Shown in pieces: positions 1 through 18,310 of a stretch of DNA of 64,000 nt (position 1 is the stretch's first letter; each line of letters begins with the position of its first letter). The notes under the pieces were generated by a model, which worked only from the letters and a program-made list of their open reading frames with translations, had not been told where the DNA came from and did no database searches. The translations under genes were made by a program, and so were the position numbers. The DNA lies in the NCBI RefSeq assembly GCF_009914755.1, contig NC_060925.1. The stretch is one strand, 5' to 3'. The DNA is from the human T2T-CHM13v2.0 reference genome, Homo sapiens.

Positions 1-1421
1 TCTTGCTGAAAAGACAAGATGTAAACATGGAAAAAAAAAACAGAGTATAGGACAAAAATGCCAAAAATTATTTTGCTCAATTAGTATCTAGGTATCTATT
101 ATGTCACAGACTATCTAGAAATATTATTTATTGTTTATCCACAACTGCATGTCCATCAAAGCAACCAAGGCTTTTAAATAAGTGGAATTTGAAGTGAACC
201 TGGAAAATCAGGCAGAATTCTAGGAGAAAGAAAATAGCTGAGTATTCTAGGCATGAAACAGCACATAAGTCAAGCGAGAATATGCCACTAAATTCTTTCT
301 TCAGAGCAGCGACCATGCATTCTATGATTTTCTAAGCCCAGCATCAAGTGAAGTCTTCTGCATGAATGCCTGTGGCAACATGTGTGGCTTGTTGTTTCAG
401 AGGAAAATCAACAGGCTAGCCTGGCTAGAACAGAGAGCTGGGCTGAAGTGAAATAGGATATGTAGTGTGACAGGTGTAGCGGAGCCCGATTATGAAGCAT
501 TTCAACGTGATGTAACAGGAAACAGTGCCTTAGTTTTTGATGAAAGTGGTATTAAGTCTTGAAATCCTAAAGGAGATGACTTAGTAAGCAAACAGAAATC
601 TCATTTGCACTGCTGCAGTAAATAGATGAGAAATGTCTATAGAAGAGAAATAAAATTTATTTATCAGTAAAAATCACATTTCTGCTTTATATTAGCTATA
701 AAATAAACAACAATTTTGCACTGACTCCAAAGTTACAAAATGGTGTTAACGAAAATTATTTCTACAGAGATAAGAAAAAGGTGTACGTGCTGAGAAATGG
801 ATATTTGAAAACATCAGAAGAATGATTATCAGGTGAGAGGTCAGAGCTGATTAAATAGCTCAGACCAGAAGAGCCTAATCGCAATCACTGGTACTAGTAA
901 ATACCATGAACAAGTTATTTAATCTCTCTAAGTTTCACTTTCCTCACATGTAAAATAAAAACTCAATAACAGCTGATCTGGCCATTTTCTATTCTCTAAC
1001 ATCCCATGTTCCTTCAAATATCAAATGTTACATACACTTGTCTGATCTTTCAACTTTATTTAGATCATTCTCCTATTACCCAGACTAGATATATGTCTCA
1101 GGGTAATGGTGCTCAAATACTTGGGAAGCTTTAAAAAAAAAAAAACAAAAACAAACCTATGCCCAGCCTCCACTCAGAGTAATACAACTGGTTTGAGGTA
1201 GGGCCACTTCTTTAACTATCTTGATTCTTCCCCTCTCCATCACCATACCCAATGTTGCAAGTTGTGTTAGTATTTCCCTCGCTATATCTTTTGTATTCAT
1301 CTCTTATCCTACTAAGTGACATATTTTAGCTCAGGTGTCTAATATATCCGCCAACTTCCAGTGTGCACACTTTCCATTTTCTGTCACATACCACCACCAG
1401 ACTATCAAAAACTTGAATTTT

Positions 1422-1700
1422 GGCCAGGTGAGTTGGCTCACGCCTGTAATCCCAGCACTTTGGGAGGCCTTGGCAGGAGGTCTGCTTGAGCCCAGGAGCT
1501 CCAGACCAGCCTGGGCAACGTGGAGAAACCCCATCTCTACTAAAAATACAAAAAATTAGCCAGGCATGGTGGTATACGCCTGGAGCCTCAGCTACTTAGG
1601 ACTGGGAAGTCAAGGCTGCAGAGAACAAGATAGTGACACAGCACTACAGCCTGGGAGACAGATCAGAACCTTGTCTCAAAAAACAAAACAAAACAAAAAC
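1422..1700 (+). mobile_element. Alu (old, internally deleted)
   Basis: GGCCAGGTG...TGTAATCCCAGCACTTTGGGAGG, with an A/AC-rich tail. Confidence 0.9.
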
Positions 1701-2430
1701 TCTCCAATTTCATTTCTCATCTCCCCTGTCAAACATCTTCAGTTATTTTTCCACCATTCTAGATGGGAAGTTTTTAATCCTGGCTATCCACCCACCCCCA
1801 GCAACCTTAAACAAACAAACAAACAAAAACCAACAAAATCAAAGCCTGAGTCCCGTACAAAGATTCTAAATTTAACTACACTAGGTTAGGTGCCAGGCCT
1901 TGTTATCTCCCCCCAACCCCTGCTCCAAGTGTTTCTGACTTCCAGCCAGGATTAAGAACTACTATTCCAGGTGTCTCTATTCTACCTTCCATCCTTACTC
2001 TCTACTGTGTTCCAGTTCTACCAGAAGTCCATTACCTCGCCTAATCCTTAAACACAACTCTTGGGAGATTCCTGAATTCTAGCCACCTTTGCTTATATGG
2101 GTCTTCCCACAAAAAAATACTATGTTGTGATCTTCAAGGTGACAAAAAAGCCTTTCTTGACCATTCCAGCAGACTCATTCATTAATTCCTACTAATGAAT
2201 GGGGCAGTAACATCCACTGCCTGCACCAAGCAATTTGCAGCAAGTGATACCAAGCAATTTCTGTACTTTGTTTACTTCATGTTTTTAAGTATCTTGTTCC
2301 TCCAATTCTATTTCAAATTTCTGAGAGGTAAACTCAAATTTCTTTATCACAGCCTCCTTTCGCACCTAATCCAGTGCTGCCATATACAACCAAAGGAAAA
2401 AGGTAGTTAATCCTTAATAAGCAAAAGGAC

Positions 2431-2482
2431 GCCACAATTCAAGTGTAAACAGTTATGCCACAATTCAAGTGTAAACAGTTAT
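2431..2482. repeat. Perfect 2 x 26-bp tandem duplication
   Basis: GCCACAATTCAAGTGTAAACAGTTAT at 2431-2456 and 2457-2482. Confidence 0.95.
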
Positions 2483-3074
2483 ACCACCTTTAATTATATA
2501 GTTTTAATTATCCAATCAAGAAATAATCTCTTCTTTAAAAAATACAGACTGTGTATATTGGTTTTATCTTAATGCTTTAGGTGTATTAATGAACCCAAAG
2601 AACTCAACATGGAGAAAACAAGTTATCTTGAAACACTTGAACTGGATTAACCCATTCCAGGTTGTCGTATCACATTAAGAACTGTCAAGTCCAAGATTCA
2701 GTAACACAAAAAAAGAGATTTCTGGAACTGAAACTCTGGAGTACTGCAGGGCCATTCTTAGGCACTAATGAGGTCTATTAGGAGCTATTAAAGCTCAAAC
2801 GAACCCACCAACAGTCATGAATAATTTACTGGCCGAATTAACATCTTCACAGCTTCTATAGTTAACTAAATGTTTTTCAATTAAATTAACACTTACTGAA
2901 GAACTTAAAGGTATTGGTCAGGCAGTTTAATATAAATAGCTATCCACTCATGCCCGGATTAACATTAATTGGTGCTACTAACCACCTCTTTTGCCTTAAC
3001 CCTAGGAACACAAGTGCATCTCCTCCATCCCCCTAAAAGCTTGAAACTTAAGTTGCATGAAACACTGGGTATTG

Positions 3075-3731
<657 letters not shown>

Positions 3732-4395
3732 ACCACCTGTTTTATTTCATGTCTTCCTCGGCTGTTTTACCTCAAAGGCCTAGCATAAGCCATGACATAG
3801 TCGGCACTAAATGAAGAGGTTAAACTAACACATTTATGTGGTAAGTAATCCATCTAAAATGTATCACACTACCTAGTTTATTATTTTGAAAGTATGTGCA
3901 GCACTCACTTCGGGAAAAGTTAATGAAAGGCTAAGCCAGTCTACAAAAGTCTGCTCACCTAACCCACTTCCTTTAGGCAGTATCTTCTTTTAGGCAGGAA
4001 AAAACAAAGACCCAAATAGGTAGCATAGGACTGAAAAGTTTCTCTATTGCCTGACATTTCATTGAGCACCACATTTTATAACTGAAGTGCTTAATAGGTC
4101 TTAATTCATTTTTACTTTAGGATCTAAGGTAAACGATAAACTCTAGATAATTAACCAACCTAAGTCATCTGTTGAGTAAAAATAAAAAATCGAACTGACA
4201 CAACTATCTTTTTGTATCTGTGTAGTAACAACTGTGCTGGATTAATTATCTAAACAGCTACTGAGATATTTAAAATTATCTATCACTTAACTGCTTATAT
4301 ATACACCCAGAAACCTAATAGTTTTAAGCAGGACAAATGGCAGTGTGGGAAGATGCTGAAGAAACATTCTAGACACATCAGAAAACACCACAGAC

Positions 4396-4670
4396 CAGCA
4401 GTTTCCAACAGAAATACAGTGTAATTATAATTCTAGTAACCATATTACAGTCAAAAGAAACAGAAGGAATTTTAATTAAACGTCTTATTTAACCAATTAT
4501 ATCCAAAATGTTATTCTCTACAGGCAATCAATGTAAAAAAATTGACACTGTTACATTCCTTGAAATCCAATGTTATTATACAATCACAGCACATTTCAAT
4601 TCAAACTAGTCACACTTCAAGTGCACAACAGCCACACGTGGCTGGCGGCTACCATGTTCCACAGAGTAGG
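4396..4670. mobile_element. hAT-Charlie MITE (MER33/MER3-like)
   Basis: Ends ...CACTTCAAGTGCACAACAGCCACACGTGGCTGGCGGCTACCATGTT, resembling the recalled consensus. Confidence 0.7.
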
Positions 4671-6899
4671 TATAAACTGAGCAGGGGTCTAAAAAAGCAC
4701 TATTGTGCCAATTAGCAACAGGAAGTAAATGTAAGGGTCTTGAGCAAAGATTTTCACTAATAAAAGTAGGCAGTATCTAGCATAGAAGCTTGTTGTTAAT
4801 AAATTGGAGAAAAAGAAGTGCAAATAACTGGTTATGTACCGGCTGTAGCTGCAAATCAACGGATAGCTTACATGTGCAACATAGGGGAAACTGATAATTT
4901 TCAGCCACACACTGTTTTACCTCAGCATAAAAGGACATTAAAATATTAAAAAGTTTTGTGTTGTTTTTAACTAGGTACCCACACATGCAAGTGGAAAACA
5001 TTCTAATATCAAAACAAAGGACTTTTTAAAATCCTGACTGGGCAGAAGGGATTTAACAGCAAGTCACTCTCACCATAGTAGTTTCACCACTTACAACAGT
5101 CTAGCTATTAAAGCTTACAAAATAGATCTCAAAGTGCTTCCTCTTCTGTTTTCTGCAAGGACAAAGCTAAGAAGAAGGCACATCAATTCTTTGTGTTTAC
5201 TTAACAAGATCAAGATTTTTATCTCATTTTGCAATACAGTCCTGAAATTCAACTCCTCAAAAATCTGTCCAAAAGAACATCGTTCCAAAATTTCCATGTT
5301 TTAACTACCTTGTCGAAAGTATGGCTCTCACAACAGTTTCAATAGACTTAGTGCCACTGAACTGTACAATGAAAAACACTGGAACACTAAATTTCATGTT
5401 ATGAATGCTCCAGCATAATTTGATATTTTAGCATTTTGTTTGTTTAAAACAAAAATCGATGGCCCTACACGATGTGTCTTCAGGTGGGGAGAAGGGAAAA
5501 TAAGGGTAGAGGGTAAAGCCAGACTGCACGTCAGCTTTCACGCTTTCAATTTTGATTTGCTAGGACTTTACCAGATTTTCACCCACACTCGCTAAAGGTC
5601 ACACTTAAGTCAGTACTTACAAAAAAAGAAAACCTATCTTCTGTGCCTCAAATACTTTAGTTTTCAACTCAGCTGCTATAAATAATCATCTCGATGGTAA
5701 ACATCCAGAACAGCTGCAAAACCAAACTATTACCTTCTCTTTTATTTTAGTCCCAGGGCTAAAACGAAACAAAAAGAAGGCCAAATATTTATCTAAGTTT
5801 TATGACTCAGGTATATCCCTACTGAAGTATATAAAGCCCCTCCTTACCCACACCAAGGATATCCATTATTGGTTAGTACCAAAAGAAAACCAAGGTATGT
5901 ATTATAGTGCTCCTCAATGCAATATCAAGAATGTTTGCCTTTAGTTACTCAAAATGAAAATTACTCAGCATTTTAGTATAGAGTAGCTTATATCTGTGGG
6001 CTATAATTTGAAACCTACATTCTAAAAAAGTAGGTTAGTAGCAGTGGCTGAGAACTGCCAGTTCATACCAGCCTGATGAAAATTTAAGCCTCTCAAAAAG
6101 ATTTAACTACCACAGTGCCTTTGAGCATTCTCCCTCTCCGCCCTGTCTCCCAACTGTTTAAAGAGCGCCATATTCTTTTACTCATTTAAGGTGCAAAACA
6201 CGAAAATTAACTTGCCCAACAACGTTCAGATATTCTTTGCAGATTCAAGCCTGTTTCAGGGAGCGTTCTCTGCTTCACCTGTGAGTTAAGCAAGACGGCC
6301 GCCATCTGGGTGTTTCTAAGGGAAAACCTTAAAGCAAAAGAACCTTGGCACTAAGATTTCGTATTGATAAAATAGCATGGCAAAAATTTGAAGCTGTCTC
6401 CGACGGGGGAACTCTAAAACATTCTACATAGAATGACGAAGCCAGGCCGTTCATTGCACAATGTGGGTGGGCCAGGCGCTGGCACCATGAGAACTACAGG
6501 AGGTGGAAGGGAGGACACTACTGAGCTTTCAGGGCGCACGCCCATTCCCCAAGATAGAGGGGTGGGAGCCACGTGCCTAAAAGATTAGGGACTGGTTCCC
6601 TTTCTCAAGACGCCGAAGGGGAGACAATGAGGGGAAGGTTGGGTGCTGAGACCCTGCTCTAGGTGACTGGAGTAACGATGTCAATTCCGCCACACTACTG
6701 TGCCAGATGTGGCTGGGGAAAGGTGTCTTTAAACACTTCCCCTAAGATATCTAGATGGAGCAGGGTCTCAGTCTATACACAAAGAAGGCGCCACTGCCGC
6801 ACTGCGCTCTGGTACTGGTAGTCAGATTCCCAAGCAGGTAACGGCCAGGAAACTACAGGGTCCAGAGTCAAAGTAGGCCCCTCTTCTCGGTCTCAGGCT

Positions 6900-7540
6900 C
6901 TTCCAACCTCACACAAAGGACCGCGCCACCACCCCCTCGCCCCGCCCGCCGGGACATGTAGTTCCCGTTTCCCCAGACAAGCCGCAGATGGGGAAGCAGC
7001 CAGACTACAGATCCCAGCAGCCTCCGCGCCCGAGCCCCGCACCCTCTGCCTCCATCTTGGCTGCTGTCGGAGCCTCCATTTTCGCTCCCTCCCCCCACTT
7101 TAGTCACCACCACCACTACCACCACGCGCAGCCGGCTGGCCTCAACTCCTCGTTTCAGCTCTGCGACCTGACATGAGGCCCAGGCAGTTGAACGGGAGAC
7201 GTATGAAAAAGCCCAGGGCAGGGAATCGGGGTGCATTCTTCCCCACCTAGAGCTCTACGAGTGCCCACCTTGACTCAGAAGGCTTCTCGTTAGCCTTGGT
7301 CTTATTCTCAGCCCTTCCCCTGGGTTTCTGCTACCCCCAGTTGGACCCTGAGGTCGTACTCACCCCAACAGCTCAGCGCCCCCTCTCCAGCGCCGCCATA
7401 AGCAGCACGGCCCGGTACGTAGGAATAAATCTCGCTTCTCTCGCGAGAGTTGCGGGCTCCGGGCGCGTGCACGAGAAGGGGCGGAGTGAAGCGTACTCTC
7501 AACACGCTTGCGCAGCAGGGCTAAGTGACGCCAAGCAGTT
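6900..7540. promoter_or_regulatory. CpG-island promoter of CSDE1
   Basis: CpG-rich. Contains the TCTCGCGAGA palindrome (BANP/ZBTB33-type, 7439-7448), a GC box GGGGCGGAGT near 7477, YY1-like motifs and ACTACAnnTCCC motifs. Confidence 0.85.
7364..7490 (-). other. CSDE1: CSDE1 (UNR) non-coding exon 1; 5' boundary approximate
   Basis: Minus strand reads TGCTGCTTATGGCGGCGCTGGAGAGGGGGCGCTGAGCTGTTGGG|GTGAGT, matching my recollection of the UNR 5'UTR start. Consensus donor, inside a CpG island. Confidence 0.8.
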
Positions 7541-8891
7541 TGCTGCACTTAACCACAACCAACATGGTGGCTGCATTACATTACATTCCTTCTTGGGTGT
7601 GCTGCGGGAAGCAATCTCGGTGTTTACTGACTCCTCCTGGACACTAGGGGTGGCGGGTGGCTTTAGGCGTCTCTAGTCTTCGAGCGTTTGAATACGTTTT
7701 AGCCCACAATAATGGGGTAAACCTTGAAGGCCAACAATTCTGATGGCATATTCAGGAGTCATAAAAAATGATTTATCTTTTCCCAGCAAAAATCCGGAAG
7801 GACCTCACACTCGTTTCTTCTTATAGTGCAAGCATTCTTTCTTACGTCTACTGTTTTAGAGGAATTTCATTAGTATAGAGTCAGCTTTGTAGCAAGGTAA
7901 TTTAGAAATCTAAATGAGACCTTTGTTTTCCACGAAAAACATTGCAACAGATGCACAAGAGTGAGCAAGGCTGCATAATCACTAAACAAAATGAAACAAA
8001 TTCAGTCAACTGACCTTTCAAGTTACGAAAGATATTCCTGTTGTGTCAGGTAATCAAAGAGGGTGGATCAGTAATTAAAAGGTTGAAATAAGAGCAAAGA
8101 GATGATTCATCCAATGGGGGAAGAAGGAAGGAGAAAAATGGGTAATTATGACCACAGGAAGTTCAATGGATTATCCCCTGCCAGACAGTAGAGCATGCTC
8201 CTCTGGTGAGAGGAATGCTTTTCCCAGATTCAATGCTTCTGTTTTCACAGATTCACTGGCTCTCTCACTTGACAGTATTGGATAAATAATGAGCAGCCAG
8301 TCTTCTGAGAACTCTCCTACCCACTTTTTGCTTACAACACATTTATTTGACATGTTGTATGTGTAACCACTGGGAAGTATACAGTTGTAAAGAAAATCGG
8401 ATATAGACTTGTCCTCAAGGAACTTTTAGTCTAGCATCATTGATGATCACAAAAACAAATCTAAACATACACATTGGAATAAGTGCAATGAAGGAAAGAC
8501 AACCTTCAATTCAACCTCTTGAATTCTAAGAGGAGGCCGTGTCCCATTTCTGTTCAAAAATTTCCTCACCACCTTTGTTGCTGGTGTCCAGTCCCATGTA
8601 TAACACCTCAAAACTGCCTTTTTGCTCTCTTTGATGCCTTCCCACGCTTTCCTAAGCACAAATATTTGCTTCATTTTCAATGCTTTCATAGCTCACTCTA
8701 TTGTAATTATTAGTTTTTACTAGGTAGTAATACTCTAGCACAGAGCTTATGAAATTCATCTTTGCATCCCTGGTTGTTGACAGTGCCCGCTCTCAACAAC
8801 TCTCAAAAGCTTGTTGAATAAATAGCACTGGACAACAGTATGATAAGTTGTTAGAAATTGGAATATATTTCTGGGAAACTACAGAATGTAA

Positions 8892-9327
<436 letters not shown>

Positions 9328-10467
9328 TAAATATTTCAAACCAGCTGTTTTGTTTAATTCACCCAGTTCTTAAATCGAGATCTCCCCTTCCTGCAATACA
9401 GCTGGTCTGTGTATTCTAATCTAATGTTATAGAGAAACTGTACCAGGCTCTTGCGCTAGATATGAGGTCATGTGAAACTAATTAGGTAATTAGGTAATTC
9501 TACTTTTAGTATACATTCTCAAATATCACAGCAATAGGAAATGTAAAAAAAAAAAAGTCTTACTAAATTATATCAATACAATTACTATTAATAAGGAAGG
9601 ATAAAGCCTTGATTTCTACCATTACACATAGCTTCTGAAAACCTTCTTTAATTATATAATCATTTCATCATCATCATTCTGAATATATCCCAATTGTCTT
9701 TAAATTCCTTTAAATTCCTCCTTGTTCCAAAATTAATATCAATTTACATTTAACACAAAATGCAGTCTGTATAAACCGAGAAATATACATTTTAGCTTCT
9801 AATGCATTAAAGAAAGTAACAGGTGGAACAATTTGATATAAATCACAAGTTAAAATGATTTACTGTTTCTACAAGTAAAACCCACAAACAGAAGTAGGTT
9901 TCATTATTAGATCACTACATAATGATTTTTTTCAGATGAATTTTGAAGTCAAATCAAAAACTGAAAAAATGTGGTTATCTTTTTATGTTTTTTTTTAAAT
10001 TAAATCAGAAACTTGTTAAATCACTTTGGAAAACCATCTCCTATGCAACAGGGTGACATGGATTTTGGGAAGATAGTCTGTTAAGGAACCATCAGAAAAA
10101 AATTTGAGAAATTATTTTTAGTTATTCATCATATTTAGTTTTCTACTCTGAAAAACTTAGACAATGAAATTGATAATGATTGTGTGCTTTTTTTCCCTCT
10201 ACAATCATCAATAAGTACATTATCTCTGAAGTCTACTTTAGAATCAAAAGTAAGCATTTCTTACAGTTTGTAAGGTTTTCTTGAGCAGCGGTGGGTGAGA
10301 TTTTTGTCATTTCTCTGTCGAATGAGAAAAATTAGGTCAATATAGAGCTTTTTTAAAAAAATTAAATAAGGCTAAATTTATTCCAGATTTTAAGAGTTGT
10401 TTTTATTCTGACATGTCCTCCCTGTTTAGGGAAACTAAAGAGGATCTTCTTTTATAAAATTATGATA

Positions 10468-10752
10468 GGCTGGGCACGGTGGCTCACAACTGTAATCCCA
10501 GACTTTAGAAGCCAAGGTGGGAGGATCGCTTGAGCTCAGGAGTTCCGGACCAGACTGGGCAATGTAGCGAAACCCCGTCTTTACAAAAAAATTGAAAATT
10601 AGCCAGGCATGGTGATGCATGTGTGGTCCCAGCTACTCAGCAGGCTGAGATGGGAAGACTGCTTAAGCCTGGGAGGTCATGGCTGCAGTGAGCCATAATC
10701 GTGCTATTGCACTTCAGCCTGGGCAACAGAATGAGACAAGGTCTTAAAAAAT
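10468..10752 (+). mobile_element. Alu (AluJ-like)
   Basis: Dimeric Alu motifs. Confidence 0.9.
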
Positions 10753-11229
10753 ATTTCATTAAATAAGATAAAATTATGATAATAGTGCATGGTAAAGAGG
10801 TCCACATCCAAGGTTTCAGAACAGAAATAATACTTCTAGAGCAAAAACATTCATAAAGAAGAATTATTTCCATAAGAATTAATGTAAATAATTAAGATTT
10901 GGTCCTATAGGCCTACAACCCAAAACTTTTTATTCTTTAACCAGCCTCTAAACAGTTAAAGGGCATTATATAAATAAGAATAACATAATACCACTAATGT
11001 AATAAAATATTAGAATTTAAATAAGAATGCAAAAGCTTTATATAATGCTTCCCTTTAAAATGTTAAAATTGCACTTAATAGGATAATTATGTGGACATGC
11101 TAAAATGCTGCACCAAAAGTAACCATCTAACATTGTAGCTCTGGGAGTCAGTTAATAGAGGGAAGGGTAGAGCAACAGAATATTTATAATTTAACTTAAA
11201 CTGAATCCTGATGAAATCCAATTGTATTT

Positions 11230-11630
11230 AACATAAATCCAAACTCTTTTACTGTGCTCTTCAAGGCCCTGAATGATATAGTCCCCACCAAATTCTCTAA
11301 CCCCTGGTTAACTGGTTCTTCCTATATTGTAAGTTTGTTCCTACTTCAAGGCCCATGAATTTACTGTTGTCTCTGCCTGGAATGTTCTAGCCCAAATCTT
11401 TGGGCACTTTCTCATCATTCAGATTTCAGGTCAAATGTTAACCACTTTACAAAGGCCTTTTCTAAAGTAAAAGTACCCACTAAACTATCAGTTTCCATTT
11501 GTTTATTGCTCATCCCTCTGAACTACAGCATAAGCTTCAATTCTCTAGTTCATCATTGTATCCCCAAAACCTGGCACAGTGACTTACGTATACAGTAAAT
11601 ACTTAAACAATATTCATTGAATGAGTAAAT
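11230..11630 (+). mobile_element. L2 3' fragment
   Basis: CTGCCTGGAATGTTCT...CCTGGCACAGT...AATATTCATTGAATGAG resembles the L2 3' end. Confidence 0.6.
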
Positions 11631-11717
11631 TTCACTTATTTTATTGAATCCAAGGCAGTAGTGATTGTATGGTAGGTCATCATTTATGGATTACTAATAA
11701 GAAAATATGTAGCCATT

Positions 11718-12214
11718 GCTATAAAGACACATGCACACATATGTTTATTGCAGCACTATTCACAATAGCAAAGACTTGGAACCAGTCCAGATGTCCATCA
11801 ATGATAGACTGGATTAAGAAAATGTGGCACATATACACCATGGAATACTATGCAGCCATAAAAAAAGATGAGTTAATGTCCTTTGTAGGGACATGGATGA
11901 AGCTGGAAACCATCATTCTCAGCAAACTATCGCAAGGACAAAAAACCAAACACCGCATGTTCTCACTCATAGGTGGGAATTGAACAATGAGAACAGTTGG
12001 ACACAGAAAGGGGAACATGACACACCAGGGCCTGTCGTGGGATGGGGGAGGGGGGGAAGGATAGCATTAGGAGATATACCTAGTGTAAATGACGAATTAA
12101 TGGGTGCAGGACACCAACATGGGACATGTATACATATGTGACAAACCTGCGCGTTGTGCACATGTACCCTAGAACTTAAAGTATAATTTAAAAATAAATA
12201 AATAAATAAAATAA
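11718..12214 (+). mobile_element. 5'-truncated L1PA (ORF2 C-terminus, 3'UTR, A-rich tail)
   Basis: ORF 11669-11983 ends in the L1 ORF2p C-terminus (...[14 protein letters not shown]...HRMFSLIGGN). TSD AAGAAAATATGTAGCCATT at 11699-11717 and 12229-12247. Confidence 0.95.
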
Positions 12215-12255
12215 CCCTAAAGCTCTAGAAGAAAATATGTAGCCATTTTCATTAT

Positions 12256-15375
<3,120 letters not shown>

Positions 15376-16091
15376 AGACATAGATTTAAATCATGTCTCC
15401 CTTTTGTGTGTATATGAAGTAAAAAAAAAAAAAAATGGCAAAATAAATTTGTTAAGGTATTCCTAAAACTTCTTCACAAAGTCTAACTCTTCTGAATCTC
15501 TTTCTTTTCAGTAATAAATTTGACCATATTTTAAAAATTCCATTCATCATGAGGCAACATAAAAAAGTTTAAAAAATCAACAGACTAGTATATTTGCATT
15601 ATATAAAAAATGTATTGGTATCATGAATATATAATACATTAATAAGAAAAAGCCAAAAGGAAAGAAAAGGAAAATGGAGAAAATACTTGAAGGTCCATAT
15701 TTTTTTTAAAACCTGTATAGGCAAATACTTGAAATTATACCCAGCCTCATTAGAAATCAGGGGGATGAACTTTTTTTTTTTAGATTTTTACACTTACAGA
15801 AGAGGTAGAAAAATAGTACAGAAAGTTTCCATAAACTCTGTACTTGCTTCTCCTATTTTAACCTTACATAACTATAGAACAATTTTCAAAACTAGGAAAT
15901 CAACTTTGACATGATAATATGACTTGAAATACAAAATTAATTTGGGCTGCACCAGTTATTCCAACAATGTCCATTTTCTCCTCCAGGATCAAATCTAGGA
16001 TCCCACACTGCATTTAGTTTTTATGTCTCCTTTGTCTCCCTTCTATGACAGTTCTTTAGTCTTTGTCTTTTACAACTTTAACACTGAAACA

Positions 16092-16385
16092 GGCTGGGTG
16101 TGACGGATCATGGCTGTAATCCCAGCACTTTGGGAGGCCGAGGCGGGCGGATCACTTGATGTCAGGAGTTTGAGACCAGCCTGGCCAACATGGTGAAACC
16201 CCGTCTCTAGTAAAAATACAAAAATTAGCTGGGCGTGGTGGCAGGCCCCTGCAATCTCAGCTACTCTGGAGGCTGAGGCTCTAGAATTGCTTGAACTCAG
16301 GAGGTAGAGGTTGCATTGAGCGGAGTGAACTCAGGAGGTAGAGGTTGCAGTGAGCCTGGGCAACAGAGTGAGACACTGACTCTCT
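16092..16385 (+). mobile_element. Alu with an internal 30-bp duplication
   Basis: Alu motifs; TGAACTCAGGAGGTAGAGGTTGCA(T/G)TGAGC occurs twice. Confidence 0.9.
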
Positions 16386-16570
16386 CTCTCTCTATATATA
16401 TATACTTTAAAACAGTATCAGTCAGCTATTTTGCAGATTTCCCTCAATTTGGTTTTGTCTGATGTTTTCTCTTGATTAGATTGAGGTTATACATTATTTG
16501 GAACACTACAGAGGTTATGTGCCTATCATTGCTCAATATCAGGGGTATATAATGTTGAAGTGTATTATTA

Positions 16571-16866
<296 letters not shown>

Positions 16867-16991
16867 TTGAAGTGTATTATTAATGATGTTTACCTTAATC
16901 AGTTGATGTCTGCCAGGATTCTCCATTGTAAAATTACTACTTTTCCCTTTGTAATTAGTGAGTATTTGGGGGCAGGGCAATGCTTTGGTAA

Positions 16992-17388
16992 TGTACTGAA
17001 TTGAATAGTGTCCCCCCTAAATTCATTCCCACCCAGAACCTTAGAATATGACCTTATTTAGAAATAGGGCCTTTGTGGAGGTAATCAAGTTAAGATAAAG
17101 TCATACTGGATTAGAGTGGGCCTGAATCCAATGAGTAGCGTCCTTAGAAGAGAGAATTTTATACACTGACTAGAGACATGCAGGGAGAATGCCATATGAA
17201 GACAAGAGATTGAAGTGATACATCTAGAAATCAGGGAACAGGAATTGCCAGCAACCCCAGAAGCTAGGAGAGGGGCATGGAACACATTCTCCCTGAGACT
17301 TCTAGTCTCCAGGACTACGAAAGAATAAATTTGTTTTAAGCCACCCAGTTTGAGTTCATTTGTAATGGCAACTCTAGGAACTAACGCA
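16992..17388 (+). mobile_element. MLT1 (B-like) solo LTR
   Basis: TGAATAGTGTCCCCC...GACCTTATTTAGAAATAGGG...TTTAAGCCACCCAGTTT resembles the recalled consensus. Confidence 0.8.
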
Positions 17389-17590
17389 AACGTATATAAA
17401 TATCCTGTTTTTGCTTAAATTTTAGCCCACTATTCATTGGTGCATCTTGCTGAATCTTTCTGGTTCATAGATATCCAGGTTTTCCCACATAGAATTATTT
17501 TGAGCCCACCAAGAACACTGATAATGTAGCATTTCCTCAAAGAGTGCTTCATGGTTTCCAGGATTTTATTCTGAGCTGCTAAAAGCCACT

Positions 17591-18310
<720 letters not shown>

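Noticed and set aside
6868-7676. 122-aa and 126-aa ORFs over the CSDE1 promoter
   Set aside because: Typical CpG-island chance ORFs with no recognisable protein.
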